The notes below the pieces were generated by a model. That model made no database searches. It was given only the letters and a program-made list of their open reading frames with translations, and was not told the origin of the DNA. This document shows, one piece after another, positions 1-13,200 of a DNA stretch of 33,163 bases. The DNA is from Saprolegnia diclina VS20 (lineage: Eukaryota): positions 295,980-329,142 of the forward strand of contig NW_008246119.1 of the NCBI RefSeq assembly GCF_000281045.1, in the 5' to 3' direction. How positions within the stretch are numbered: the stretch's first letter is position 1; the number at the start of each line of letters is the position of its first letter. The translations under genes were made by a program, and so were the position numbers.

Positions 1-489
1 CTAGACTACTAGATGCCACTAGATTCCTCACGTTCGCAGTGCCTACTGTTGATTTCCTTTGCTGGTGGCCGTACAAAGGCACCTCCACCCTTTACGCGCT
101 GGCCTGGCTCGAGAGAAACCCTAACCCTCGTAGGAACCACCAACCCATGCATGCGTCGACGACACACAAGACAATATGGACGGTGCATCCTTCTTGGTTG
201 AACGAAGGTGCAGGCAAAAGCAATAGACCTCGTCACCGGCGCTTGTAACACCTCGATGGGTTCGGCAACGCAGTAGCCGGAGCATGGCCACTTCCGGCAG
301 AAGTTGTCCAGCGGTGTCTCGCAAGAAGCACGTTCTGCATGGTCGGATAAGAAATGAAATTGTGCGTCAGCAAAGTACCCTTGAGCAGCGACACACACTG
401 CCACTTCAAGGCGCACCACAAATGTGTTCCAAACACCTTCCACTGTTGTTCAAATCCTATCCAGCGGCCCACGACGCAAGCTTAACGAC

Positions 490-1395
490 ATGGGCTTCGT
501 CGCCGTACTAATGGGCGCGGAGCTTCTGCCACTCGTCGCGATCTACCAATCGGGCATGATCCAAGACGTGCGCATCCTCACGCGCCTCGGCCCTAACCCG
601 CCGGACGCCAGCCTCGGGCCTGTGCACGCGGTCATAGCGCCATGGCTCGCTCGCATCGGCCTCCACTTTGTGCCCCAGCTTTGCCCGATGTTCGTCTTTA
701 GCTGTGCGCTCGAGTACGGACGGATCGATCTCTTGCGCGAGCTCGTGGACATGGGCCCACTGCGTCGGCAAGCACCGGCACGTGCAACACCTACGCCGAC
801 GACATCTCCATGCACAGAAACATAGGTCGCGCCATATTGAGCGGCGACGGAAGCTCCACTCACGGTCACTTGCGGTATCTCTCTCGCAGCCTGTTTCGGC
901 GACATTGTCGACTTGCTTCGTTTTTCCTTCACATACGACGCCGATCCATTCTTGCCGAGGTTGACAGAGGTTGCATGCTCGATGGTTGACTGCGCTACGT
1001 GCAAGAGCTCTTTCAGAAGTGTGTGATCACCGCCTTCGAGGTCAATCATGTCCAGCTTGCAGGGTGGAGCGGCAGTGTGGGTCTCGTGGGGTTTCTCTTG
1101 GATAAGAGCTCTGAGAGCATGATTCCAGTGGCGTCCCAACACGCTGCTGCCCAAATTCTGTGTGCGCTTTTGCAGTGGCTACAACGAGTCGCGGTACTGG
1201 CCCATGGCTCTCGACATGGCCGTCGCCTGCCACAGCCGTGACGTGATCGAGTACTTTGCGTGGACGCACAACCTGCACGCCACGATGGCCGACGCAGCGC
1301 GGGCGCATCGACGCCGCCAGCGTCGCCAAAAAACGCGACCGCCCGGCAGACACGCTCGCGCAACGACTACTAGTAGCATGCACACGTTGCGCTGA
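490..1395 (+). pseudogene. Degenerate ankyrin-repeat-like gene (Saprolegniales-type expanded family), broken by stops and frameshifts
   Basis: ATG at 490 gives MGFVAVLMGAELLPLVAIYQSG...PWLARIG...ALEYGRIDLLRELV, then a stop at 825. Ankyrin-like fragments continue in other frames (LAGWSGSVGLVGFLLD; ALDMAVACHSRDVIEYF). Family call is from recall. Confidence 0.5.
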
Positions 1396-1543
1396 GGTTG
1401 TCGACGACCGCTCTATATATTTCGCTCATCGTCATGTGATTTTATCAAACTATGCTTGACCCACTGTGGACTGTGGTTCGCTCTCTTTCTTCGAGGAGCT
1501 TCAACAGCTCGTGTGAATGAGACGAACGCGACGATTAGCTCGA

Positions 1544-1834
1544 GCCACGTGCGTAGGATGCTGCGAGAGCGATCGTGTGGTTCAATAATATGCGTTTGGC
1601 TAGCTTGAAGTTACTGACCCTATTTTATTCAAGGTCTTCTATCCAAGATACGCACCTGGTCTAATATCACGTCTCGTATTTCGGTTGCAAGCTGTTGCAC
1701 CCGAATGCGTAGCTTTTCCCGCTTCAAGATCACCCAGCATCGGGTCCAAGTACGACGCCGCCGCCTGCGTACGAGGCTCGTGCATGGTCGCTAGAGGGCA
1801 AGATGCCGGGGAGCTTCACAAACACAAGAATTCA
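1544..1834 (+). repeat. Left copy of a long inverted repeat (partner 20700-21015)
   Basis: 1544-1700 is the reverse complement of ~20859-21015 with 5 substitutions. Homology continues with indels to ...gagcttcacaaacacaagaa (1830). Confidence 0.95.
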
Positions 1835-1918
1835 CCAAATTTCAAAACGCTCTGCAACGGGAATCAATATTCATTAATGCATGTTGTCAATCGAAATATC
1901 AAAAACAATGACCACCGC

Positions 1919-3586
1919 TTAGAGACGCGGGTACGAGTCCTCAGTCGGTGGCACGGGCACGTACGTCGTCGCGCGGGGTGGGTTGAGCGGCGCCGCTGCG
2001 GCCAAGCGCGACGCATTGTCCTTGCCTTGCTGGCGCAGTTGCTGCACCTTGGTCGCGATGCGCGCACCATACTCCTTGTCGGCGGCCCCAAAGTTGGCAA
2101 TCTACCACCGTATCAATCCATCAACTCGATACAGTGATATGCTGCGTACCGCGCGGGTCTGGATCGTCGGGTTGGCGTGGACGAGGTTGCCGGCGATGTT
2201 GTCGACGAGGCGCGCGCGCTCGGCCTCCGAGAGCACCTTGCGGTAAAACTGGCCGCACTGCGAAAAGTTGTCTTCGTCCTTGGTCGAGTACTTCATGACG
2301 CGCGTCGCCGCTGGGATCTTGGCCGTCATCTGGGCCAGGCCCAGCGCAAACGACGGACCGCCCGCCGAGTTGGGAAAGTAGTTGGGCGCGCTGCCCATGT
2401 TGCCCGTGACGGCCATGGCGCCGTCGCGCTGGTACGTCTGCGGCGGGCGCAGCGGCTGGTTGACCGGAATCTGCTGGTAGTTGACGCCGAGGCGGTGGCG
2501 GTGCGTGTCCGCGTACGAGAAGAGGCGGCCTTGGAGCATCTTGTCGGGCGACGCATCAATGCCGGGCACAAAATGGGACGGCGCAAACGCGAGCTGCTCG
2601 ACGTCGGCAAAGTAGTTTGGCGGGTTGCGGTGCAGCACGAGCTTGCCGACTTCGCGCAGCGGGTACGCCGTGTGCGACCAAATCTTGGTCACGTCAAACG
2701 GGTTAAAGCCCTTGGCGAGCTGCGCCTCGGCCTCGGCTTCCGACATGACCTGGATGTACAGCGTCCACGTCGGGTAGTCCTTGCGGGCAATGGCCTCGTA
2801 CAAATCTTGGATCGCGTAATCGGGGTTGGACGCGCTGAGCTTCTCAGCCTCGTCGACCTACACCGCCATGACATCTTCTGGATTCGACTACGAGAGACGT
2901 ACCGGAAGGTTGCGGATGCCCTGGTCCGTCTTGAAGTGGTACTTGACGTAGCTCACGTCACCAGCCGCGTTCGTGTTCATAAACGTGTGGCTGCCGTACC
3001 CGTTCATGTGGCGGTACCCGTCGGGGATCCCGCGGTCCGAGAAGAGGAACGACACTTGGTGCGTCGTCTCGGGGCGCAGCGAAATGAAGTCCCAAAACAT
3101 GTCGGCGTCCTTGAGGTGCGTCGACGGGTTGCGCTTCTGCGTGTGGATAAAGCTCGGAAAGAGAATCGGGTCGCGGATGAAGAAGATCGGCGTGTTGTTG
3201 CCAACGAGGTCCCAGTTGCCTTCCTCCGTGTAAAACTTGAGTGCAAACCCGCGCGGATCGCGGACCGTGTCGGCGCTGCCCGACTCGCCGCCGACCGTCG
3301 AGAAGCGCGCAGCCACCGGCGTGCGCTTGCCAATCGCCGCAAAGAGGCTCGCCTTGCACACGTCCGAGATGTCGGCCGTCGTCTCAAAGTAGCCAAACGC
3401 GCCCGCGCCCTTGGCGTGCACGACGCGCTCCGGGATGCGCTCGCGGTCAAAGTGCGCGAGGTGGTCGATGAGCGCAAAGTCCGTGAGCACGATCGGCCCG
3501 TTCGGGCCCGCAGTTGCCGACGCCGTGAGCCCGTCGGCCGGCAGCGGCGCACCGTTGCTGCTTGTCATCGTCGACGGCTTCTCCAT
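1919..3586 (-). CDS. CAT: Monofunctional heme catalase (~524 aa), 3 exons: 3586-2903, 2857-2150, 2101-1919
   Basis: [18 protein letters not shown] (distal His), [21 protein letters not shown] and RLFSYADTH (proximal Tyr). GT-AG introns 2858-2902 and 2102-2149 restore the frame. Protein ends in -PRL*. Confidence 0.97.
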
Positions 3587-4266
3587 GTTCTTTGCGCGTC
3601 CAATTTCGAAATGGCGACGTTGCACTTTCATGCAACGGGCAAATCCCGATCCGGAATTCCGGAAAAATGGGCAAGGTGCCCAACTTCAACCGGACGCTCA
3701 CAGATGCGAACGCTCGCGACGTTGAAGTGGAAGATCGCGAAATTCGGCGAGAAGACGGTCTTGGATGCACGCGCTTGGCCCAGCTCGCTGCTGCTTCGAG
3801 GCAATTTGCTTCAAGCTACCAGCGTCGACCAAGCGATCCAGTCGTTCAACACACTGGCATTGCACGTTGAAATCCACAGCCATTTCTCATCAAGCTACCG
3901 ACACAACCAATGCCACGGGCGACGACGCGCCATCACCGCGAGCGAATAGACTTGCGACAGTCAAGGATCCGAGAAGGAAATATAACTTGTATTTTCTTGG
4001 CTTTATCAAGTTTTTTCTAAATTTCTACAAATGCAAATCCTGGTGGCGCTTGGGACAACTCGGTTGCTCCATGGAGCTCTTGCGTCGTCGCACCAGGTAC
4101 GCTCCAGTGATTTCGACATTTCGCGTGGACGCTTCGTCAAAGTTGCAGCTCCAGACAGAATCAAACCAGCCAAGCTAACCCAAGCCCTAGTCCATCGACC
4201 ACCGCGTCGTCCGCTGCTAGTCGGATTGAAGTATTGATACATGCATTTATGCAAATTCGGTCGACT

Positions 4267-7200
4267 CTAGAAGCGGTGGCTCGCGAGGTCGGGGCGCGCG
4301 CGGTTGCACACGTCGCAGTAAAAGGACGCGAGCGGGTTGAAAAACGTGCAGCCGCCTTGGTCCGGGTCGCAGACCCACTTGTCCTTGGGCACTTCGCGGC
4401 GGCCGCTCATGCCCATCTCGCACACCGAGCACGTCGTCTCGACGATCGGGTTGACGCACGTGCAGTTCTCGCATGTCCACGTTGTGGCTTGCGGCGTCTT
4501 GGCGAGCTTGTCGCGCGGCTCACTGCACATGGCGCACGCCGTCAAGAGCGCCTCGTTCGTGTACGTGCACACGCTGCACATCCAGAGCGCGTCGTCGTCG
4601 GCCGTCGACTTGGCCGCGTGGTGCTCCTTTGTCGGGTCGACGTGGAAGGCTGCGCAGAGCTTGGCGATCGCCACGCCGCGTTCTTCGTGCGCGGTCTCGA
4701 CAAGACCGATAATCTCGTTGAGGTCACTGGGCGAGAACCCGAGCTGGAAGCTCTCAAAGCACCGGAGCAGCTCGTCGTACGAGAGGACGCCGTCGTTGTT
4801 GCCGTCAAAGCGGTGCCACGACGAGAGGAGCGGGATCTTCTCGGTGCGAATGCCACGCTGAAACTGCTCCATCTTGGCGCGCGCGCTCAGCAAATGCCAC
4901 TCGTCCGACTTGGTGAAGACCTTGGCGAGCGGCGTGTCACCCCACAGTTGGCGCTCGCGGCGGCGCAGGCGGAGACAGCACATGAAGAACTCGTGGCGCA
5001 AGTGCAGTGGAATGTCAGCGAGGCCCGCGAGCACGTGCTCCATCTGCGGCGCCGTGTAGTACATTTCGCCGTTGAAGAACCGAAAGCACTCGATGGCTTC
5101 TTGGACCGTCGGTGTCAGCGCCGCCGATGACGCGTGCGACGCTTCGACCAGCGCGCCGTCGGCCGTGCGCAGCTGGATCCCGCTGACGGCAAAGATCGGA
5201 TGCGCGCAGTGAATCATGCGACGCAGCGTCTCACCTTCGGCCAGCGAGAGAGCGACCACATAGACGGGTCCCGGCACCTCATTATCGTCGGCCGTCCCGA
5301 GGTCCGACTGCGACGCGAGCTGAATCGCTTGGGCTGCCGCGTCTGTCGGAGCAATGCCGGGTTGTTGCGCGCAGATCGCAACAAAGAGTGCCGTGATACG
5401 CGCACGCAGACGGTTCTGGATCTGAAGCGGGTGCCACTCCATGAGAAAGCCCACGTTCTTGAGCCGGCGCTCGCCGAGGCCAATCCAGCGCGGACGAAAG
5501 TAGTTGTCCGAGACGAGCATCGACGCAGGAAAAGCGATCGACGGACACGCCGTGTGCGCCTGGAAGCGCGCCATCGGGTAAAACGAGTCCCCCGTCATCT
5601 CCTTGAGAGCGTCCGTGCTCCACGGCACCGGGTGCTCGTCATCGCGCGTGTACGCGCTCATTTTTTGCTCTTCCTGCTCGGCCTCTTCTTCGGCTTCTTC
5701 TTCGGCCTCGGCCTCGTTCTCGTGGACGACCTCGGCGTTCAAGTGCATGTCGCTCGACGCGGCCACGTGTCCACTGAGACTGCTCACGCGGCGCTGGACC
5801 GTCTCAATCCGCGCGAGTTCGGCCGGCATTTGCACAAAGGCCGCGTGCGCTGCCGCGAGCTCGGCCATCGTTTCAGTTATCGCCTTGGGCAGTGGCAGCT
5901 GCGCCGCGACCGCGTACGACACTTGGACGCGGAAGGCGTCAATGCACTGCCGCAGCCAGTCGTTGCCTTGGAAACGCAATAGCCGCTGCGTGGCCGTCTG
6001 GCTCTTCTTGTGCGCGTCGACTTCATCGAGGAGCGCGTAGAGCGCGCGCTTGCGCCACGTATTGTGGAGCTCCTGGAGCGAGAGCTGCACGAGCTGCATC
6101 GACTCCATCTTCATCGAGTTGACGAGCAGCCACGCGGGCACAAGCAGTCGAAAGTCGTCGAGAAGCACGGGGCCGGTCGCAACTTCTTGGCGAATCCGGT
6201 TCTCGACCTCAGGAATCAAGTATAAATGGATCGTCTGGCCAGCGCCAATGCCACGCATACGGTACGCGCCTTGAGCATAATCACGGAACGTCATGTCCTT
6301 CCCGAGCGTGAGCACGGCGCGGGCACTCGTGCACTGCTTGATGTCCATGCCGGTCGTGTGCACTTGGTCGTAAAACGTAAAGCGCTTCTCGGGCCCGAGA
6401 CCGCACTGCACGAGCGGCATCGCGGCCGCGTGGTCGCGCAGCAAAATCATCTGCCGGTCGCTCGGGTCCAAGTACACGACGCCTTCCATCGACAACGGCA
6501 AGTGCGCCAAGAGAAAGCGCGCGACCTCTTCATTGTCGAGGCCCGTGATGAGCGCGCCCGTGTCGATGAGCGCATGGAACGGCGGGTCGTGCGTTGCAAT
6601 GTCCTTGAGCAGACTTGTAGCGGTCCAGTCGAGCTTGCGCTCGAGCGTCGTCACGCGCGCCGACGTGAGCACCGAGAAGATGTTGCCGTCCGACTGTGGC
6701 TCATAGTGGCAGTCGCCGAGGTCCAACGGCAGCAAATTGCTCGGCGTGCCCGAGAAGCCAATGCGCTTGGCAAAGAGACTGTCGCTCCCGAGCTCGTGGC
6801 CGCACGCCGAGACCTTGAGCTTCTGAAAGTTCATGCACGACGGAAAGACGTGCTGCCGCACATAATAGTGCACGACCGACGGCAAGAGGCGCACAAGCTG
6901 CAAGAGGCGCGTCACCTGCGACGCGTCGTTGAGCTGAAAGAGCGGCAGTGGGAGGACGCCGCTCGTGCTCTCGGCCAGCGCAAGGCCTTCGAGCACCCAC
7001 GACCGAAAGAGCGCACATGCGGGGCGCTGCTCGCGCGGCCCGAGCTGCCGACTAAAGTCGTGCTTGAGCTGCGCGACAACCGTCTTGATGTCGGTGCGCC
7101 GGACGCCTTCGTAGCGGTACGCAAGGATCGTGAGACCAATGAGAACATCCGGGTGCGCAAACTCCGACGACCGACTCGGCACGTCCTTGCCGACAAAGGG

Positions 7201-10200
7201 CACCGCGAGCAAGAGACGCGACGGCGTGTTGCCGTTCGACTCGAAATGCTGCTTTTGCAACAGCCCGTACGAGACGCGGTTGATCTTGGAGAGACAGTGC
7301 GGCAAGAGCGTCCGGATCCACTCGCGCCCGAGGTTGAGCAGCTTGAGGCCGTGCTCCGAGAGCCCATTCTCAATGTGCGACTGACTGCCGAGGTCGACGC
7401 GGTCGCACTGCAAATAAAAGAGAACGTCGTCCATCGAGAGCGTGCACTTGCCCATCTTGAAGTGGTGCGAGAGCCACTCGTAGGCAACGCGCGCGAGGAT
7501 CGGCCGGAGCTTGGCGTCATAGTACGCGACATCCAGCAGCACCAAGTGCGGGAAGCGCTGCAGCGCATGCACGTTGTAGCCTTCGTGCAAAAGCGCGTGA
7601 AGCTCCGCGTGCAGCGGCGACACCGACGACGACGAGAGCACGACGTCGAGAAGGTGCATCGGCAGCTCCCACCGGTTCGCTGCCAAGTCGATCGGAAATT
7701 TGTTGCCAATCGGAAAGTTGAGCTCGGACCGGAGCGGATGCAAGAGCACGTCGACTTCGTCCATGATGAGCACGCCGCGCTGCCACTGCCGGAGCACCAC
7801 CTGGAGCTCGTCGGCCATGTCGGCGCGCGCGTGGAGCACCTTGCGGATGCGCATGCCCGTCCGCGACGTGTCCTGAAGTCGAAAGTCTGGGTCGTGCGTC
7901 GACTGCTCGAGCGAGTGGAGGAGTTCGACAAACTTGAGCAAAAGCGACTTGATGGCCTCGGGCGACGCGCAAATGACGTCACCGTGCACGCACGCACGCT
8001 GGAGCTTGGACGCGAGCGCAACAATCGCGATCGGGTCGTCGTCGACGCTCCGGTCAAAGGACAGCGTAAAGATGCGCTTTTGGAGGATCGCGTTGCTGAA
8101 GCGCGACCGGAGCACGGCGCGCGACTGCTCGAGGAGCGCTGTTGGCATGACGTGCGTCACGAGCACCTTCGAGTCGGCGAGCATGTACGTCAAGAGCGGC
8201 CCGACGACCGTCGTCTTGCCGGCGCCCATAATCATCTGCTGCACGCGCGAGACGCCATTGTGCATGCTGGCCATGAAGCTCTCAACCATTTCGACTTGGC
8301 GCTGTCGCAAGAGGAGCTCAAACACAAACTCAAAGAGGAGGTAGCGCGGGTCGTACGCGTACGCGGTCCCCTCGCGCTCCTTGAGGTAGTGGCGCAACGC
8401 CAAGAGCCCGTTGGCCACGTCCTGCGACGCGTGCAGCATCCGGCTCGCGTCTTGGTTTTGGTACAGCAAATGCGACTCGACGAGCGCTTTCAGCGCGGCC
8501 GCCGACGCAATCAACCGGTTCAGATGGCTCATACGGTTGGCGCAAAAGAGCACGAGCTGCACGAGCTGCAGTACCGTCGGCAACTGCGCTCCATCGACAA
8601 ATGGGTTCTTGCGCGTCAGGTCGCCGGCCATGTCGGACGACGCGAGTGTGGACGCTAGGTACGCAAAGTCAATGGGCGTGTGCTGCTGCGCAAACCGCTC
8701 AAGGAGGAAGCGGCACTTGGCCAAGCGCGTGCTCGGTGTATCGGTGACGCTAAACTCAACCACGTTGACACGCGCTTCGAGTGTCGCAATCGTCGCGAGG
8801 ACAAACGCTTCGTCCTTGGCGCGCTGCGCATGACTCGCTGCAATGAGCGTCTCGAGCTTGGCCACGCATGTCGCGCCGTCAAAGCCATTGCGGGACACAC
8901 CGACGAAGAACGGCTCGAGCGTGTGGTTGGTCGTCTCGGCATGGTTCTTGACGTCGTCGGCCAAGCGCTGCAGCAGGTCCTTGGCGACAACGCTCTGCGC
9001 CGCGGGGTGCGCAGCGAGGTCAAATGGCAGCTGCGTCGCCAGTTCGCGCTCGGGGCGGCAGTGCACGACATAGTCGTCGGCGCGGAAAAAGTTGAGCGGC
9101 ACAAATGGATGCATCGCGTCGTGGCGAAGCGTAAAGACGCGCTCGGCGCAGCTCGCGTCCAAGGGCTTGATCGGCAACGCAAACGGAAACGCGCCGGCCC
9201 GCGCGCGACGCACCGTCTCGGGCAGCGTCTTGTGCGCGTGCGTGAGCTGCTGCCGCAGCGGCGGGATGACGCGGTCGCTGTTGGTCACGAGGAGCGTCTG
9301 AAACTCCATGGTTGTCATGTCGAAAAAGTTCTTGAGCATCGAGTCCTTCAAGTGCTTCGAGTAGAGGTTCACGCCGCGCTCAAGCATGTGCGTCGAGTCG
9401 CGGTCCACGGGCAGCGCAGGCCACGCGTGGTACGGGTTGGAGAGCACGACCGCGACCTGCGACATGGCAATCGACACCGAGCACTCTTCCTCACCGTCTT
9501 CGACGACTTCCTTGCCCCAGCGCGCGAGCTTGAGATGCAGAAAGCGCGCGAGGAGGTCGGCCATCGACCGCGTGTACTCTTCGCCGTGCAGGCGTAGCGA
9601 CACCTGCCCGTTGAGACACTCGTACAAAAAGAGGCAGCCGAGACCGCGATTCGAGCCGCTCGCTTCGTCACCGACAATCTCATTGTCCCAAATGAGCTTC
9701 ATGCACTCTTCGTCGGCCAGGAGCGCCGACGGCCGCTTGTAGCGCACGGTCGAGAGCGTCGTCGCGTGTTCTTCGAGGTACGCTGCCGTGAGCATGTTGA
9801 GCTTGACCCACGGCTGGCCACCGACGCGTAGACGCGCGGGCTTGACGTCCGTGTCGATCTGCTTTTGCTGCTCGGCGACGCAGAGGGCCATGCGCACTTG
9901 CAGCAGCGGCGACATGTTTTCGCAGAGCGCGAGAGCGTCGAGCTCCTCTTGGGCGTTCAAGCGGCACTCGGCTTGCACGTGGGCGACGCTGGTCGCAACA
10001 ACATGCAGCTCGTCCGCCAAGCGCCACGAGCACTTGTTCTCGCTGTACTGAATCGCGAGCGCCAATCGGACGCGGCACGCGCACGCATCCGGGTGCCGGT
10101 CCTGCAGCGTCTTTTCAATTTGGTTGAAGATCCACTGCTCCTCGTCCGTAAACGGCACGTCGACGTGGCACGTCGCAATGTACTGCGCCGCGCTTTTGTA

Positions 10201-13200
10201 CTGGCGGCCCATGAGCGCGAGCAAAATCAGGTACAGCGTTGAACTCAGACTCGGCGTCAGCACAAACGTCTGGCTCGCGTGCACCGGATACAAGTAGTAG
10301 CGCGTCTCCATGACCTGCTGCCAGCCTGCCGACGCGCGGTTGGGCACAACGACCGTCGAGAACGGCACGCCTTGCACCATTGGGCGGTACACATCGTGGT
10401 TGGCGCACAGAAACCGGTACTCGTCACGGGACGTGGCCAGTACGACCGCGTCGGGCATCGACGTGGCGAGGGCGCGCAGCGGCGCCGAGAGCTTCGACAT
10501 GTCGTCGAGGCAGATAAACCACTCGCGCTGGTCGACCATGTAAAGATGGACGCGCCCGTCGTCCCCACGGCGCGGCTCAAAACGCAACTTGAGCCGCGGC
10601 AGCTCAATGAGCGCAATCTGCGACACGTCTCCGATCGGGTCCGACGCAGCTTCGTGCTGCAAAAGCGCCGCCGGCAACGTCGCCGTCCAAATCAACACGT
10701 GCGAGAGATCTTCAACGCGCCCAAGGACGTGGGCAATGCGCGCCATCGTAGAGTCGGCCGACGAAACGTGGAGCGGGTTCAAGAGCACGAGTTCGCCGCC
10801 GTGCGTCGTCTTGACGCGCTTGGCGTCGGCCTGCTCGCTTTCAGACGCTTGCTTGACCAAGCGCGGCGCATCGGGCAGGGACGCGTCGGTATCACCACCG
10901 CGCGTGTCGGCTTCCATGCGTGCGATTTCGTCCGCGTTGTCGGGCTCGCAAAGCCACGCCGTTGCCAGCGTGTCGTCATGGTTGAAGAGCTCCAGCGCAT
11001 ACGACGCCGCAATGCGTGAGACGGATGACGCCGCCATGACAGCCTCGACGAGTTGCTGCTCACGGAGCGACGCCTCGAGCGCTTCTTCCGGAATCTCGTC
11101 GGCTTGAAGGATGCGCGTCTGGTTGGCTTCGTCCAGCAGCCACATGGCGGCTTCCTCGACGCTGTTGTCCGACTCTTTGAGTGCGAGAACGCACCCCGAG
11201 TACGAGAACCCGAGCGACATGAGCTGGACAACGTCTTCGTCAGCAATGACCATCTCTTGGCGCATCGGAGGTGGCGTCGGCGGCACCACAATCGGCGCAG
11301 GCGGCGGCGCAATCACCGACGGCTGGCCCGTCTTTTGCTGGATCAGCGTCGGCGCGGCATCGATCGCCTTACGGACAACGTACGCGACCTTGTTGTGCTT
11401 GAGCTGGATCTCGAGCTGGTACTTGAACCACTGCGACTCGCCGTCGAGCGGCTCGCCGCGCAAGATGCCGTCTTCGCCCTGCCAAAACTTGAACGCCTCG
11501 AGGAACGCGCTCGGAATGATGCCCTGGAGAAACCGCGGTGGCAAGTACGTCTCGACGCCGTGGAGGCTCTTGTTGCGGCGCAGAATGACGAGCGAGTTGC
11601 CGCTGCTCTGAAGCTCCATAATGTCGCCCGCTGCGTACTGCACACTCGGCGCGACCGACTCGCCAGAGCTCTCAACGTTGGGCACAAAGCTGTGCAGCGC
11701 GAGGCGCGCGTTCGACGTAAAGAGGAGCTTGCGGTGCAGGCGGCGGCCGTGCGAGATGAGCGAAAAGACATGGAGAACGTTGTAGTGGCGGTACACGACC
11801 ATCTCCTTGAAGGTCGAGAGAAAGTCCGACTTGTCGTTCTTGTGCAGCGCCAAGAGCGTCACGTGCGGCGCCGTCGCGGGCGTCACGCTCGTCGAAAGGA
11901 AAAGCGAGAACGGCAGCTTCTTTGCCGGGTCGTCCTCGGGAAAGAGCGCGTTGACGACGCTGCGCACGAGGTTCACAAACCAGAGCTCCGACTCAATCTC
12001 GTGCTCGTCCTTCGAGTAGGGATCCAAGCGACGGCTGTACTCGGTCCCGAGATACAGAAAACCCGTCTCCGTGGGCTCGGCGGGCTGCGCCGGCGCGGGT
12101 GACGGCGCCGGCACATGCTTGGGCGTCGCACACACCTCGCACGCGGCGTTGGGCTGGTCGCCGTTAAAGTTGGCGCACGTACACGCCGGGCACTCCCAGT
12201 ACATCTTGGCGTCGCTCGGTACGGCGGGCGTCGCGGCCGGCACGGGTGGAAGAAACACCGTCGGCGTGTCGACGCCTTGGTCCTCGGGCGACGGCTCGTC
12301 CCACTCCATGAGCTCGCACTCGGTGCCAATGACGTGGACCCAGAGGCGGTGTGCTTGGCGTGCGACGAGGCCGCAATGCAGCGCTTCGTTGCCAAAGTGG
12401 TGGCGGTAGTCGGAAAACTGCACCATCGAGTCGGGCACGGGCTTGAGCTCGTCGTTGCGCCAGAGAATCTCGCCCGTTTGCAGATCAATCTTCATTTCGG
12501 CCTGCGTGCACACGTAGCGACCCGTGCCGGCCACACCAGCGTCCATCGTCCACTCGTGCGTCGGTACAGTCTTGGCCCGAAGCGCAATGTGCAGGATCGA
12601 GTTGAGCAGCGCGTTGCAATCGCTCGTCGAAAGCGACTGGGCAAAGTCGACGATTGACCGGCGCTTCACCTGCAGTAGCTCAAAGAGCTCGCTCTCGAGA
12701 ACGCCCGCCGGCGGGTACAACACGTTGGTCGCATCCTCCTTTGGCTTCTTCTTCAAAATGCTCGGTGCTTGGATGATCTCCATGCCGACCTTCAAAAAGA
12801 CGGGGCGATCCGTGAGGTACTTGTCCAACGACCCCGTCGTAACGTTCTTCGTGTCAATACCATGCGCTTGGAGCCAGCGCAAAAGCCGTTGCTCGCTCGA
12901 GAGCTCCGACTCGTCTTCCAGAAGCACGTGCATGCCAAAGCAGTGCCAATTGCGCACGTACGCGACACTTCCGAGGAGCGTCACCAGCCGCGCCGGCGTG
13001 TACTCGTCGACGCGCAGGTTCATAAAGAGAAGCGCCACGTATGAGTGGATGACGCACGCCGTGCGGAGGTCGTCCTTCGCCTCGGCCTCCATGCGCCACT
13101 TGTCGAGCGTCGTGAGCCCAAAGCCAAAGAGCTGGTCCACGAGCTCGCTGCGCAGCGCCTGGAGCGTCGCCAACGTCGTCGCCGACACGTGCGTATGCTC

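Noticed and set aside
1..480. Short ORFs, possibly another ankyrin remnant
   Set aside because: Only faint EHGH-like words with many stops; not enough to call.
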